From positions 1 through 41,376 of IMG/VR virus record IMGVR_UViG_3300012890_000079: a stretch of 41,376 bases of DNA, one strand, 5' to 3'. Source of the DNA: a virus (lineage: Duplodnaviria; Caudoviricetes). The position numbers and the translations under genes are program-made. Shown piece after piece: positions 1 through 9,400 of this stretch. The notes under the pieces were generated by a model. It was not told the DNA's origin. It searched no databases and saw only the letters and a list, made by a program, of their open reading frames with translations. Every line of letters starts with the position of its first letter. Position 1 is the first letter of the stretch.

Positions 1-420
1 CTATTTCCAATTAATAATAAGCAAGTAGCAGGCAGCTCCTACACTAAGCCCCCACACCACCGCCCGCACCCGCTCGGCGGGCCAGCCCAGCCGCGCCGCC
101 ACCCATTGCAGGGCGCGGTCGCTGGCCGCCGTGCGCCCGACGGCGAAAGGGCGGTCGCCGGCGGCCAGGTTCAGCACGGGGTCGAAGAGCAGCAGGCGGG
201 CTAGTCCCGCTATGATGCCGTGAGTTATGACATAATGCGGGGCCAGACATAGCACAACTACCAACGGCAGGAAGTAGAGCAGCGTCAGAAGCCAGTGCAG
301 CGCGAAGGCCTGGCGCTTCGCCTCGGCCCCCGGTGGCGTGCGTCGGATGGCGCTCATCAACCAACCTTGTCCCCAAGCCATTAACAGTACAGCCACAGGC
401 CAGTATAGATAAGTTATCAT
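1..420 (-). CDS. Multi-TM membrane protein of the lysis region; first 22 codons supplied by HNH cassette 1
   Basis: 139 aa with several hydrophobic segments; ATGA overlap with the HNH stop. Confidence 0.8.
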   Translation of the reverse strand: MITYLYWPVAVLLMAWGQGWLMSAIRRTPPGAEAKRQAFALHWLLTLLYFLPLVVVLCLAPHYVITHGIIAGLARLLLFDPVLNLAAGDRPFAVGRTAASDRALQWVAARLGWPAERVRAVVWGLSVGAACYLLIINWK

Positions 421-989
421 AGCAATGCTTTTCGAGCTTTAGCGGCAGCTTTAGTTGCCTTGCGGCACGTTTTGCAGATTCTGCCAGATTTGACCAGGTA
501 TGTATTTTCAGGCGTGTACTCGTGGCCTTTGGCGCAGTGTGTCCATTCGTCGCGGCCGTTTCGATGGCGCCCCTTAGCCATTTTGTCGGCCACGTTATCA
601 GCATTGGTGCCTTGGAAAAGGTGGGCGGGGTTAACACATTTTGGGTTGTCGCATTGATGACAAACCTGTAGCGCCTCATCGATGCCACCATTTGCCCATT
701 CATAAGAAAGCCGATGCGCCTTCATGTTTTCATTGGCAAGGAGGAAGCAGCCGTAGCCCCACTCATTAACTCCGGCTGTCCACTCCCAGCACGCACCAGC
801 CGGGCCTAGGCCCAGCGTTTTGTCAACCTTCTCCCAGAATCGTTCCTGCACCATTTTCTTTGGCAACGGCCCTCGGCTACGTCGTAGATTATGACAGATG
901 CGGCAATTGCGTTTGCCGCCCTGCACCATTGTATTCACGGCCGTGAATTCGTGGCCATGAATACAATGCGTTTTGAGTGCGTTCTTCAT
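417..989 (-). CDS. Free-standing HNH homing endonuclease with Cys/His zinc-finger-like modules at both ends
   Basis: RFWEKVDK...CWEW...GYG...AHRLSY...[15 protein letters not shown]...N motif; THCxxGHE(F/Y)TxxNT...CxxC twice; start taken at MKNAL. Confidence 0.9.
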   Translation of the reverse strand: MKNALKTHCIHGHEFTAVNTMVQGGKRNCRICHNLRRSRGPLPKKMVQERFWEKVDKTLGLGPAGACWEWTAGVNEWGYGCFLLANENMKAHRLSYEWANGGIDEALQVCHQCDNPKCVNPAHLFQGTNADNVADKMAKGRHRNGRDEWTHCAKGHEYTPENTYLVKSGRICKTCRKATKAAAKARKALL

Positions 990-999
990 TGCTTGGCGA

Positions 1000-1341
1000 C
1001 TATTTGCGCACGAGACGAGCAAGAAAATCTACTTCGTAAGGCTTGCCAAAGACCGGCGTAGTGAGGTAGCTATCGCCTAGATTGCGCTCGATGCCTTTGC
1101 CAAATGAGCCACCGTCCAACGCCTTGCTGTTACCCTGCCAGGATACCGAGTAGGTGAAGCAGCTATTGGTATTGCGCGAATAGCGGAAGATAAATTGCTT
1201 CCCCTGCACCCGAGCCCCGCCATCGGCATCACACTTGCCTTTTAGGATGGTTTTTACCTTGGTTAGGTCAGTGGTGCCGAAGGTGGCTTTCAGGTCAGCT
1301 TTGATGGCGGCTTGTAGTTGGGCGGTGGTGCAGGTTGTCAT
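1000..1341 (-). CDS. Hypothetical protein (cassette cargo)
   Basis: 113-aa ORF with a TATATTTG promoter element upstream. Confidence 0.75.
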   Translation of the reverse strand: MTTCTTAQLQAAIKADLKATFGTTDLTKVKTILKGKCDADGGARVQGKQFIFRYSRNTNSCFTYSVSWQGNSKALDGGSFGKGIERNLGDSYLTTPVFGKPYEVDFLARLVRK

Positions 1342-1374
1342 GGCGATGTGATTTTGTTTGTGATTTTAACGTCA

Positions 1375-1382
1375 CAAATATA
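1375..1382 (-). promoter_or_regulatory. Bacteroidota -7 promoter element for the 113-aa ORF/HNH
   Basis: Minus-strand TATATTTG matches TAnnTTTG in an AT-rich intergenic region. Confidence 0.65.
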
Positions 1383-1460
1383 ATACAGGTCTCGCCTTTA
1401 TCAAGTATTTTTAATGTGATTTAAAAATAATTTTTAATCACAATGTAAATGGGTCTGGCA

Positions 1461-1468
1461 TACCTTTG
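1461..1468 (+). promoter_or_regulatory. Bacteroidota -7 promoter element for the small regulator
   Basis: TACCTTTG followed by ATG at 1473. Confidence 0.7.
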
Positions 1469-1472
1469 TGCC

Positions 1473-1649
1473 ATGACAGAACCTATTAAGAGAGGCAAGG
1501 GGCGGCCTGCCGTTGCTGAGGCCAACAAGAAGCGAAACCGCGCCATCTCCCTCACAGATGCTGAATATGAGCGACTGGTGCAGCTTGCTGTGGAGGCGGG
1601 CGAACCTGGTCCTAGCTCTTTTCTAGTTAAGAAGCTCAAGCTCTCTTAG
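1473..1649 (+). CDS. Small DNA-binding protein (GRP motif, ribbon-helix-helix-like)
   Basis: KRGKGRP...RAISLTDAEYERL; divergent from the cargo ORF. Confidence 0.7.
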   Translation: MTEPIKRGKGRPAVAEANKKRNRAISLTDAEYERLVQLAVEAGEPGPSSFLVKKLKLS

Positions 1650-1715
1650 CATGAGCAGGCCCTGGGCCCAGGCCATCAGCAGCACGGCGGCCGGCCAGTA
1701 GAGGGTGGCCAGCAC
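1623..1715 (-). pseudogene. Stranded original N-terminus of the 1..420 gene
   Basis: GTG start overlaps the upstream TAG; encodes (V)LATLYWPAAVLLMAWAQGLLM then unrelated LRELELLN-stop. Confidence 0.8.
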
Positions 1716-1867
1716 TAGGCTTGTGGCTTTTTACGGCCAGCGGCCCAGATGAGCAGGCAGGCCAGCGAAATGACACCGTACACTACCACGGCCCATGGCG
1801 CGACGAAACGGTAAATGGGGTACGACATGCCGACCCAGACGAGAAATGCAACTACGAGGTACTTCAT
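1715..1867 (-). CDS. Small 2-TM membrane protein (holin-like candidate)
   Basis: 50 aa MKYLVVAFLVWVG...GRKKPQA, two hydrophobic segments and a basic tail. Confidence 0.65.
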   Translation of the reverse strand: MKYLVVAFLVWVGMSYPIYRFVAPWAVVVYGVISLACLLIWAAGRKKPQA

Positions 1868-1880
1868 GGCAGAAAAGATT

Positions 1881-2345
1881 TTAATTGTGAAAAATGAAAA
1901 CTGATAAGAGCAGCCCCACCACCACGCCGGCGGCCCCCGCTTTGTAGGTGCGGCCGTCGAGCAGCCAGGGCGGGCGCGGCGGGCTAGCCAGCACCACCCT
2001 GGCAGCGGCCCGCATGCGGTCGGCGTCGGCTTCGGCCGTGGTACGGGCCGCCTGGCAGCGCCTGAACTCGGCATCGAGCGCGGCTAGCTCCTGTTTGGCC
2101 AGCGCGGCCTGGTGGCGCAGGTCAGCCTGCACCGCATCGCCGGCGGGCACTAGCTCCAGCGCCCGGCGCCCGGCCTGGTAGGAAGCCGAGTCGAGGCCGA
2201 TGAGGCGCTCGCGCACCACGTCGCCGGGCAGCAACTGCACCGCGATGGGCACGGGCTGAAGCGGCTTAATGGCTTGGGCGGTAGCGGGGCGGCACAGCAG
2301 GCAGCTGAGGCAGAGCAGCAGGGAACAGAGCGCGGAGCGAGTCAT
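1881..2345 (-). CDS. Signal peptide, coiled coil and C-terminal TM protein (spanin-like candidate)
   Basis: MTRSALCSLLLCLSCLLC...; Ala-rich helix; C-terminal GVVVGLLLSVFIF; overlaps the upstream gene. Confidence 0.65.
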   Translation of the reverse strand: MTRSALCSLLLCLSCLLCRPATAQAIKPLQPVPIAVQLLPGDVVRERLIGLDSASYQAGRRALELVPAGDAVQADLRHQAALAKQELAALDAEFRRCQAARTTAEADADRMRAAARVVLASPPRPPWLLDGRTYKAGAAGVVVGLLLSVFIFHN

Positions 2346-2625
2346 AGCGTTGTTGGTTGAGGCGGCCGGCCCGCACGGCTTCCCGGTGCTGGCCGGCCAA
2401 ACTGAAAAAGGTGCTATCAAAGTGGTGCTGGTGGCGAGGCTCGGCCGTGACCCGGGCGGCGGCGGCTTGCTCGCTGGCCTGCACGGCCTTGGCGGCCCGG
2501 CGGTGGGCTAGCCAGGTGCTGGCGTAGTCGCTGGCCTGCGTGAGCAGCAGCACGGCGAAAATGATGGCCAGCGCGAAGGCTAGCCAGCGCCACTTGCTGG
2601 TGAGAAAGGAGGCGAACAGATTCAT
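2266..2625 (-). CDS. N-terminally anchored membrane protein (i-spanin-like candidate)
   Basis: TM WLAFALAIIFAVLLL followed by an Ala-rich helical region. Confidence 0.65.
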   Translation of the reverse strand: MNLFASFLTSKWRWLAFALAIIFAVLLLTQASDYASTWLAHRRAAKAVQASEQAAAARVTAEPRHQHHFDSTFFSLAGQHREAVRAGRLNQQRYDSLRALFPAALPQLPAVPPRYRPSH

Positions 2626-2765
2626 TTATGAGAGAATCTTTTTGGTGGGCGGGGAGGGCTGGCTAAGCGTTCTAGCTCTTGATTCTTAGCTTGAAGCAGC
2701 GTAGAGAGGTGAAACGCGAGCAGGCCCAGCAGCGCGAAGGCTAATAGTGTATATGCGAGCAGCAT
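2622..2765 (-). CDS. Small single-TM protein, 47 aa (not in the ORF track)
   Basis: MLLAYTLLAFALLGLLAFHLSTLLQAKNQELERLASPPRPPKRFSHK; fills the gap, ATGA overlap with the next gene. Confidence 0.55.
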   Translation of the reverse strand: MLLAYTLLAFALLGLLAFHLSTLLQAKNQELERLASPPRPPKRFSHK

Positions 2766-2766
2766 A

Positions 2767-3357
2767 TCAGTAATTCCAGTTGCTGAGCGCATCAATGGCG
2801 CCGATGGGGTACAAGCTGCGCTTCAGGCCGGCCGCCGTGCCGGTGCCCTCATTGCCAGCCCACGTCCATACCGAGCGGGGCGCGCGGCCGGCGCGCACCG
2901 GCCGGCCCAACTCAGCCACGGCCGCCACGTGGTGAATGCCGCGGCCGTAGTCGAAGCCAGCCTTCAGCGCCACGGCTATGCTGTCGATGGAGCCCCGGCC
3001 GGTTTTGCGGTCCCACAGCGTGCGGGCGGCGTCTGGCCCTTTGAGTGGAAACCACGCGGCCGCCGCGCCCTGCATGCCATTGCGCGGAATCGGCAGCCCG
3101 CAGCTGCGGTTGGCCGCGGCCTGGGTGAAGCCGCACCACTCCGGCCGCTGGGCGGGCACCCCGCCGCCGGCCTTGATAATGGCATCGACGAGCGGGCCCC
3201 GGTTCTTGGCGTTGGTTTCACGGGCGGCCTGGTGCTGCTCCAGATATTTGAGGGTGCAGGCGCCGGCTTGGGCCTGACGGGTGCGCGGTGTGGGCTGGGC
3301 TTGTGCCAGGTGACATAGCATAGCTAGCACCTGACATAGTATAAGTAGCTTCCTCAT
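2767..3357 (-). CDS. CHAP-like peptidoglycan hydrolase (endolysin) with signal peptide
   Basis: NRGP...EWCGF...AAAWF...HHVA...GNEG motifs; hydrophobic N-terminus ending AQA. Confidence 0.75.
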   Translation of the reverse strand: MRKLLILCQVLAMLCHLAQAQPTPRTRQAQAGACTLKYLEQHQAARETNAKNRGPLVDAIIKAGGGVPAQRPEWCGFTQAAANRSCGLPIPRNGMQGAAAAWFPLKGPDAARTLWDRKTGRGSIDSIAVALKAGFDYGRGIHHVAAVAELGRPVRAGRAPRSVWTWAGNEGTGTAAGLKRSLYPIGAIDALSNWNY

Positions 3358-3770
3358 ACCACAAGTGCCGCAAACACCGCCGCGCCCACGGCCCGAATGA
3401 CAATGACGAGTTGCAGGCGGCCGTACACGGCGAAGCGCTGCTCATCGGTTAGCGCCAGAAACTCGCGGCTGTAGCGCGTCTTGGCCCAGCGCGTGGGCGC
3501 CGGGTGGGTAAGGTGCTGCACCGTCCAGGTCAGCAGCACGAGCAGCAGGTACATGCCGGCGAAGGCAATAAACTTGCTGGCCACCGTAGCCGAGGGCACC
3601 CAGCCACTGGCCTGCTGGCCGGCGGCGATTTCGGCGCTGCTGGCGGCCGGGCCGGCGGCAGGCACGACGTGGTAGAACTTAGCGATGAGTCCGGGCGCGT
3701 AGGCCGCGCCGGCGAGCATGGCCAGGCCGAGGGCGGCGAACAGGAAAAAGGGAGTGAGCTTGCGCAGCAT
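3354..3770 (-). CDS. Membrane protein, holin candidate
   Basis: Three hydrophobic segments, directly upstream of the endolysin. Confidence 0.6.
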   Translation of the reverse strand: MLRKLTPFFLFAALGLAMLAGAAYAPGLIAKFYHVVPAAGPAASSAEIAAGQQASGWVPSATVASKFIAFAGMYLLLVLLTWTVQHLTHPAPTRWAKTRYSREFLALTDEQRFAVYGRLQLVIVIRAVGAAVFAALVV

Positions 3771-3797
3771 ACAGAAAAAAGGGAAAGGGTGAAAAAC

Positions 3798-4154
3798 TTA
3801 CTTGCTCTGCCGCTCCAGCAGGCGGTCGAGCTTGTTGCTGATATTGTTGTAGCCCTCCACGACGTGGCGCAACTCGGCCTTGACGCCGGCCATGTCCTCG
3901 CGCATGCGGCCTACTTCGCCTAGCTGATGCTCGATGGCCTGGCAGCGCTGGTGCAGAGTATCGGCGAGTTTCTCCACCGACTGCTGAAAGCCAGCCAAGC
4001 GGGTTTCGTGGTTGGCGTCGCTGACTTCGAGCTTGTGCAGGCGCGCCTCCACGGCGGCGCGGTCGGCGCGGCTGGGCACGAAGAAGATGTTGTAAGCCGC
4101 CATGCAGGTGGCCAGCGAGAGCGAGAGCAGGGCGATGAGTTGGGGCGTGAGCAC
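3798..4154 (-). CDS. TM-anchored coiled-coil protein (lysis region)
   Basis: N-terminal TM, heptad region, ends KLDRLLERQSK. Confidence 0.7.
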   Translation of the reverse strand: MLTPQLIALLSLSLATCMAAYNIFFVPSRADRAAVEARLHKLEVSDANHETRLAGFQQSVEKLADTLHQRCQAIEHQLGEVGRMREDMAGVKAELRHVVEGYNNISNKLDRLLERQSK

Positions 4155-4173
4155 GGTGAAAAGGCGCTATAAA

Positions 4174-4824
4174 TCAGGAGATAGCCGGATAGCTGGCCAG
4201 CAGGTAGCTTTCGGTGCGGGTGCGGTCCACGTCGGAGAGGTCGGTGAGGTACACGTAGCAGGCGCTGATGAGGCCCTGCCAGTCGTAGGTGGAGCTGCTG
4301 GGCTCACCGCCGAGCATGAAGTCGTCCGACCACGGCCGATTACCCAGCTCCCCACTCGACTCGATGGCGGCCAGCTGGCCGTTGAGGTAGAACACCACGC
4401 CGCCGTGGGCGAACTTGATGGTGAGCAGCAGGGTGCGGCCATTGTCGAGCACCGTTTTATCGACCACATTGACAAAGCCGGGGTTGTAGGTGTTGGCCGT
4501 CACTCCGCCGTTGTACATGTAGTTCTTGCCCGTGTAGCCCGCCCAGGTGCGGGTGCCGTCGCCGGCCGTGATGATGGAGCACATCATGCGCAGGTCCTCG
4601 ATGCTCGGCACCTTGCTTACCACTACGAACACCGTGGCCACCGAGGCCGTGGAGAGGCCCGGCAGGGTGTAGAGCTGCTTGGCGCTGGCCAGCGGCGTCT
4701 CGCGCGCCAGGGTGTAGCCCGGCGTGGGGGCTAGCCCGTAGGCGCTGTAGCTGGGGCTGGCGCCCAGCAGCACGCCGCCGCTCGTGAGCAGGTTGGCGCC
4801 CGCGCGTCGTAGGAGTAAGCTCAT
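4174..4824 (-). CDS. LamG/concanavalin-A-like domain virion protein
   Basis: VFYLNGQL...FMLGG...WQGLISACYVYLTDLSDVDR..ESYL pattern. Confidence 0.65.
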   Translation of the reverse strand: MSLLLRRAGANLLTSGGVLLGASPSYSAYGLAPTPGYTLARETPLASAKQLYTLPGLSTASVATVFVVVSKVPSIEDLRMMCSIITAGDGTRTWAGYTGKNYMYNGGVTANTYNPGFVNVVDKTVLDNGRTLLLTIKFAHGGVVFYLNGQLAAIESSGELGNRPWSDDFMLGGEPSSSTYDWQGLISACYVYLTDLSDVDRTRTESYLLASYPAIS

Positions 4825-4826
4825 GG

Positions 4827-6416
4827 CTAGCCTTTGGGGTAGCGGCACCACACCAAGCCGCCGGCCGCGCCGCGCTCGAATTGGTAGCCATAGTTGGCGG
4901 TTGTAAAGCGCTGGCTGGGCAGGCTGCCGTCGGGCTGTGCGCCCTGTAGCTCGCCGCCGCCGAAGGTGCCCCCGGCCACCGCGTCGCGCACGGCCTGCGG
5001 CACGTTGTAGACATCGACCACGGGCGGCGACACATCGCCCGCCGCATCGGGCCCGACGTTGAACACGCTCTTGACCGTGCCCGCTCCGCCGCCCCCGGCC
5101 TTGTGCTCCACGAGCGTGATGCCGGGGCTCACGTAGCCGTAATCGTAGGGCTCAAACAGGTGCACCGTGCCCGTGCCCAGCAGGCTCACGTAGGAGCCCC
5201 GCAGGGCAACGGCGCCCCCCGCCAGTTCGAGCGGCACCGAGCACTGGCCATCAAACAGCGGGAGCAGGCCGGGCGCGGTGTTGGTGTTGCCGGTGGCCAG
5301 CAGCTTGAGCTTGCTGCCCCGCGTGCCGGGCACCGGGAAAATAAAGAAGTTCTTGAACAGCAGCGAGCCCAGGTCGCTGCCCGGCAAGCTCAGCACCACG
5401 TTGTCGCCCAGCTCCAGGGTGGCGCCGGCGCCATCGACGTAGCTGGCCCAGCCGGGGTTTTGGGGGTCGTTGCTGGCGTTCAGCGTCACCGTGGCCACGT
5501 TGAAGCGCATGAACGTCTTGGGGCGCGTGTCAGCCAGGGCCTCGCCCAGCGTCGCAAAGCCGGCCACGTCGCCGCTTTCGAGGTAGGCCATCGCCGGGCT
5601 GGCCTGCACGCCCAGCGTGGCCAGTTGCAGCGCGTGCTGCTGCTGCACGGTGTAGCTGGCCACGGGCGTCGTGGTGCGGGCCACTATGTCCACGGTCACC
5701 ACCGCGAGCTTGCCATCGGCCGTGCGCAGGATACCGTTCGGGCTGAGCGTGTTGAGGTCCAGCGCCACCACGTACACAGTGCTGGCACTACTGGCGCCGT
5801 TCCAAAGGCCCGTAATGTCGTAGCGCACGCCAGGCGATAGCGCCTCCTCTTGGCCTATAATGCTTTGGCGTATACCCGGTAATTCGGCGGCAACAGGCGT
5901 GTCAAGCTTGGTGCCCAGGAAGGCGTTGATTTGCGCGTCGGTGTAGCCGCCGCCGGCGCCGCCAACCACCTTCACGAACTTGCTCGGGTTGCGGGCGCCG
6001 CTGAAATTGCCATCGACGTAGGCTAGCCCAGCCGGCGTGGGACTCGGGTCGTACACGCACTCCAAATCCTGCTGGCGAAAGTCCTCGCTGTCATCTTCCC
6101 GGTAGAACTCAATGCGGGCCCGCGTAAGCGCGCAGCAGGTGGCGTAGTCGATGTCCGTCTCAAAGCAGGCGCCGCCGGCCGGGTCGGCATCGCGGTCTAC
6201 GGCCCGGTAGAAACGAAACTCCTTCAGCAGGCTCTTGGCCGAGTTGGCGCTTTTGAGGCCCAGGAACTCGGTGAGCTGTTCGGCTGTGAGCTTCTTATTG
6301 ACGTAGGCCCCCACCACGGGCCCCGCCAGCACCTCGACCTCAAACAGCCCGCCCGGTAATTCAGTGGCTGGCGAGAGGACGTTCAGTAAGTCAGAGATGT
6401 ATTTGCCTTTAGCCAT
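4827..6416 (-). CDS. Putative tail fibre/receptor-binding protein
   Basis: 529 aa after the tail protein; Gly linkers and GTVKSVFNVGPDAAGDV fibre-like motif. Confidence 0.65.
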   Translation of the reverse strand: MAKGKYISDLLNVLSPATELPGGLFEVEVLAGPVVGAYVNKKLTAEQLTEFLGLKSANSAKSLLKEFRFYRAVDRDADPAGGACFETDIDYATCCALTRARIEFYREDDSEDFRQQDLECVYDPSPTPAGLAYVDGNFSGARNPSKFVKVVGGAGGGYTDAQINAFLGTKLDTPVAAELPGIRQSIIGQEEALSPGVRYDITGLWNGASSASTVYVVALDLNTLSPNGILRTADGKLAVVTVDIVARTTTPVASYTVQQQHALQLATLGVQASPAMAYLESGDVAGFATLGEALADTRPKTFMRFNVATVTLNASNDPQNPGWASYVDGAGATLELGDNVVLSLPGSDLGSLLFKNFFIFPVPGTRGSKLKLLATGNTNTAPGLLPLFDGQCSVPLELAGGAVALRGSYVSLLGTGTVHLFEPYDYGYVSPGITLVEHKAGGGGAGTVKSVFNVGPDAAGDVSPPVVDVYNVPQAVRDAVAGGTFGGGELQGAQPDGSLPSQRFTTANYGYQFERGAAGGLVWCRYPKG

Positions 6417-6420
6417 GCCC

Positions 6421-6476
6421 CGAAGTTCCGGCCGGCCCTTAGCCAGCCGGGAACGTGGGCGGGGAAAAGCGGGGAA
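6421..6476 (-). promoter_or_regulatory. Putative late promoter, copy 1
   Basis: TTCCCCGCTTTTCCCCGCCC-N27-GGAACTTCG; same layout as 20082-20137. Confidence 0.65.
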
Positions 6477-6481
6477 ACGGA

Positions 6482-9400
6482 CTAGTGGCGCACCCGCACG
6501 TAGCCGTCGTGGGTCATGCGCACGTAGGGCGTGAACTTGCCCGGGGCGTACTCATACACCTCGTGGGTAATGCGCACGCCGTCGGGCAGCTCGTCGAGCG
6601 GGTCGGGCGCGTCGGCGCCGGGGCCGACCTCCACAAGGCTGACTTCGGTTTGGGCTAGCCGCAGGTTCCAGCTGGTACTGGCGACTCCGAAGCGCCGGCC
6701 GCGCACGTCGTACGGCGTATCGACGCTATCGAGCAGCCGCGGGCCAGTGTGGGCGTGGTGACTGATGATACCAGTGAGCAGGCGGCTGGGGCCTTCGCGC
6801 AGGGCTAGGGCGTCGTACACGCTGTTCTCAAAAAGCGGGGCGGGCCGCAGGTCAATGGCGCGGGCCCACGCCGTGCTGGGGGTGCCATCGGCCAGGGCCA
6901 CGGCCCGGCTGAAGGCGAAGCGGTTTCCCTCGAACAGCCCAGCCTCGATGGGAATGTCGGGGTGGTAGACGTCGAGCACTTCGGTGGACCGCACGGTGCC
7001 GGCGCGGCCCTCGGCGCGGAAATTATCCTGCCCGTCCCAGGTGGTTTGGCGCGGGCGCAGCTCGATGCCGATGCTCGTGACCAAGGCCTGCGCATTGGGG
7101 GCTGCGAAGTTGAGCGGCTCCCAATTGAGGTCGGGAATGTCGGCCCTGTCGGTAAGCAGCCAGTTGGTATCGCTGCCGCTGGCTGGCAGTGGTGGCACGG
7201 GGTTGAACATATCCCGCAGGGCCTTGTAAAACAGCGGGCCACTCGTGACGTAGTTGCCCGCCGTGAAATTGGCCTTTTCTGCCCATGGCCGGGTGCCGAG
7301 CGGCAGCCCGCCGGGCTCGACGACGGGCGCGAACAGGGCGCGCTTGGCCTGGAAGTACACACGCTGGCCCGCCGGGGCATCCTGGTACACCACGTCGCCC
7401 GCGGCATAGGAGCTCAGCAATCCGTACACCTTGCTCTCAACGTAGTCGCCCGTGCCCACCCGGGTGAAGGCCAGCGGCGCCGCGGGCAGCACGTGCAGTA
7501 CGGTGAGCCGGGCCCCGGTGGGCACAGCCGGTAGCGGCAGGGTAATGACCGTAGGCTTATCGGTGGCTTTCTTGGCCAGCGGCAAGGTGAACACCAAAGG
7601 GGCGAGCAGCCGCTGGCCATCGATGGCCACGGCCACGGTAAGAGTGGCGCTCACCGCCGCGTCGGCCGTGGCCGCCCCGGTGGGCAGGTAGCGAGTGGGC
7701 AGCCAGCGGGCGGTTACGGTCAGAAAAGCCGGGCACGACTCGGGTAGGGGCACGAGCGGCAGGGCCGGGCTCACGAGGTAGCGCGTGTCGCCAGCCTGCG
7801 CCAGCGGCCACTGGGTGCTGTAGTCAGTGCTTTTCTCGCCGCCCTCGCGCAGCACGAGCGGAAAGCCTTCATCTGTACCAGGCTGCCAGCCGGCGATGGG
7901 GCGCAGGCGGGCCCCGTTTTCCAGCCAGGCGTACTTGTCGGAAAATACCTCGCCGGCCGCGAATGCGTTTTTTAGCCAACCGGCATCGGTAGCGCCCACG
8001 AGCGATTTCCAGCCCGGCCGCACCTGCTGCTGCTGCGCGGCCTTGAGCCAGCCCCACACCGTACCGGGCTTGCTGAGCGGGGCGATGAGGCCGCTGGGCG
8101 CCACGGCCAGCAGCTTGCCCGCGGGCGTGCCGGCGGGGCGGTAGGCCCGGCCGGGGGCATCGGCCAGCACCTCCAAAAAGCTGCGCACCTGCCACGAGCC
8201 TTCGCGCTGGCAGAGGGTGCCGCCCATGGTCTGGGCCAGGGCCTGCACCACGGTATGCAGGTCGCGGGGCTCATCTTTCTCGCTGTCGTAGTAGCCGTTG
8301 CGCTCGGTGGTGGCCGCCAGCTCGGGCGCGTCGTCGTCGCTCATCTCGGTGCTGCGGCGGTTGACCAGGCAGTGCACGGGCAAACTCACGTCGCAGCGGC
8401 TGAGCGCGTGCAGCAGCGTGTTGAGCAGCGGTCGCCGGCCTTGCAGGCGCTGAAACTCGTGGCTGAGAAAGTCCACGTCCTTCAGGCCGGCTAGCCCGTC
8501 GGTGGCCGTGAGCGAAATGGGCAGCAGGCCACTGAGCAGCGGCGCGGTGTAGATGTCGGGCAGCACGTAGCCGCGAAACTGCAAGCGGCCGGCGCTGTAC
8601 ACGTCGCAGCGGCAGGCGCGGTCATCGTTCACCACGACTTCCTCCAGTGTGCCGGGGAGCACGCGCAGGCTCAGCTCGCAGCTGGTGCCCACGATGGCCG
8701 GCACGTCGCCCTGGCCCCCAAGGCTGCCGTTGAGCCCGTCGGTTTGCAGCACCACCGGCGCGCTGCCGTTGCCCTTGATTTCCTCCACCGGGCCCGCGTA
8801 GTCGCGCAGCCACAGCTCCAGGCGCTGCGGCACGCCGCGCGGGTCGGCAAAGTCGCGCTGCCAGCGCAGGCCGTAGCGCAGCTTCAGGGTGAAGGGCACG
8901 CGCAGCACGGCGCCGGCCGCGTCGGTGGCCACCACCTCGTGGTCGCCGGCGGCCAGCCCGTCGAAGCTACCGGTGTCGTTGGTGCTGGCGCCCAGAGTGA
9001 AGCTCACCGGCAGAGCCGTGGCGTTGACCTCCAGCAGCACCCCGCCGTTTTGCTCGGCGGCACTGTCGGGATGGAATACGATGAGGTTGTCGAGCGTCAG
9101 CACCGAGCCGCCGAGCGTATCGTCCTTGAAGTAGACGTCCGGCCCGCCGTAGGTGCTGACGGTGCGAAACGTCACGCCGTCGGGCAGCAGGTAGCCATCA
9201 ATAAAGTCGCCGGCCGGGCGCTCGTAGCGACTATCGAAGGGATTGTTGTCCTCGTAATTGTAGGTTTCGACAGCCTTGGTAGTAAAATTCCAGATGGACT
9301 TGGTGCCGCGCCCGCCGGTGCTGCCGTCGCCGAAGTGCACATCCTGGAGCAACTCGCCGAAGGGCATGCCGTCGGGCGCGCCCAGCTTTACCGGGATGGT

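Larger units (their letters stand above)
355..1649. mobile_element. HNH cassette 1 (small regulator, 113-aa ORF, HNH, replacement N-terminus)
   Basis: Bounded by duplicated 22-codon gene heads at 1650-1715 and 355-420; AT-richer than the flanks. Confidence 0.8.
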
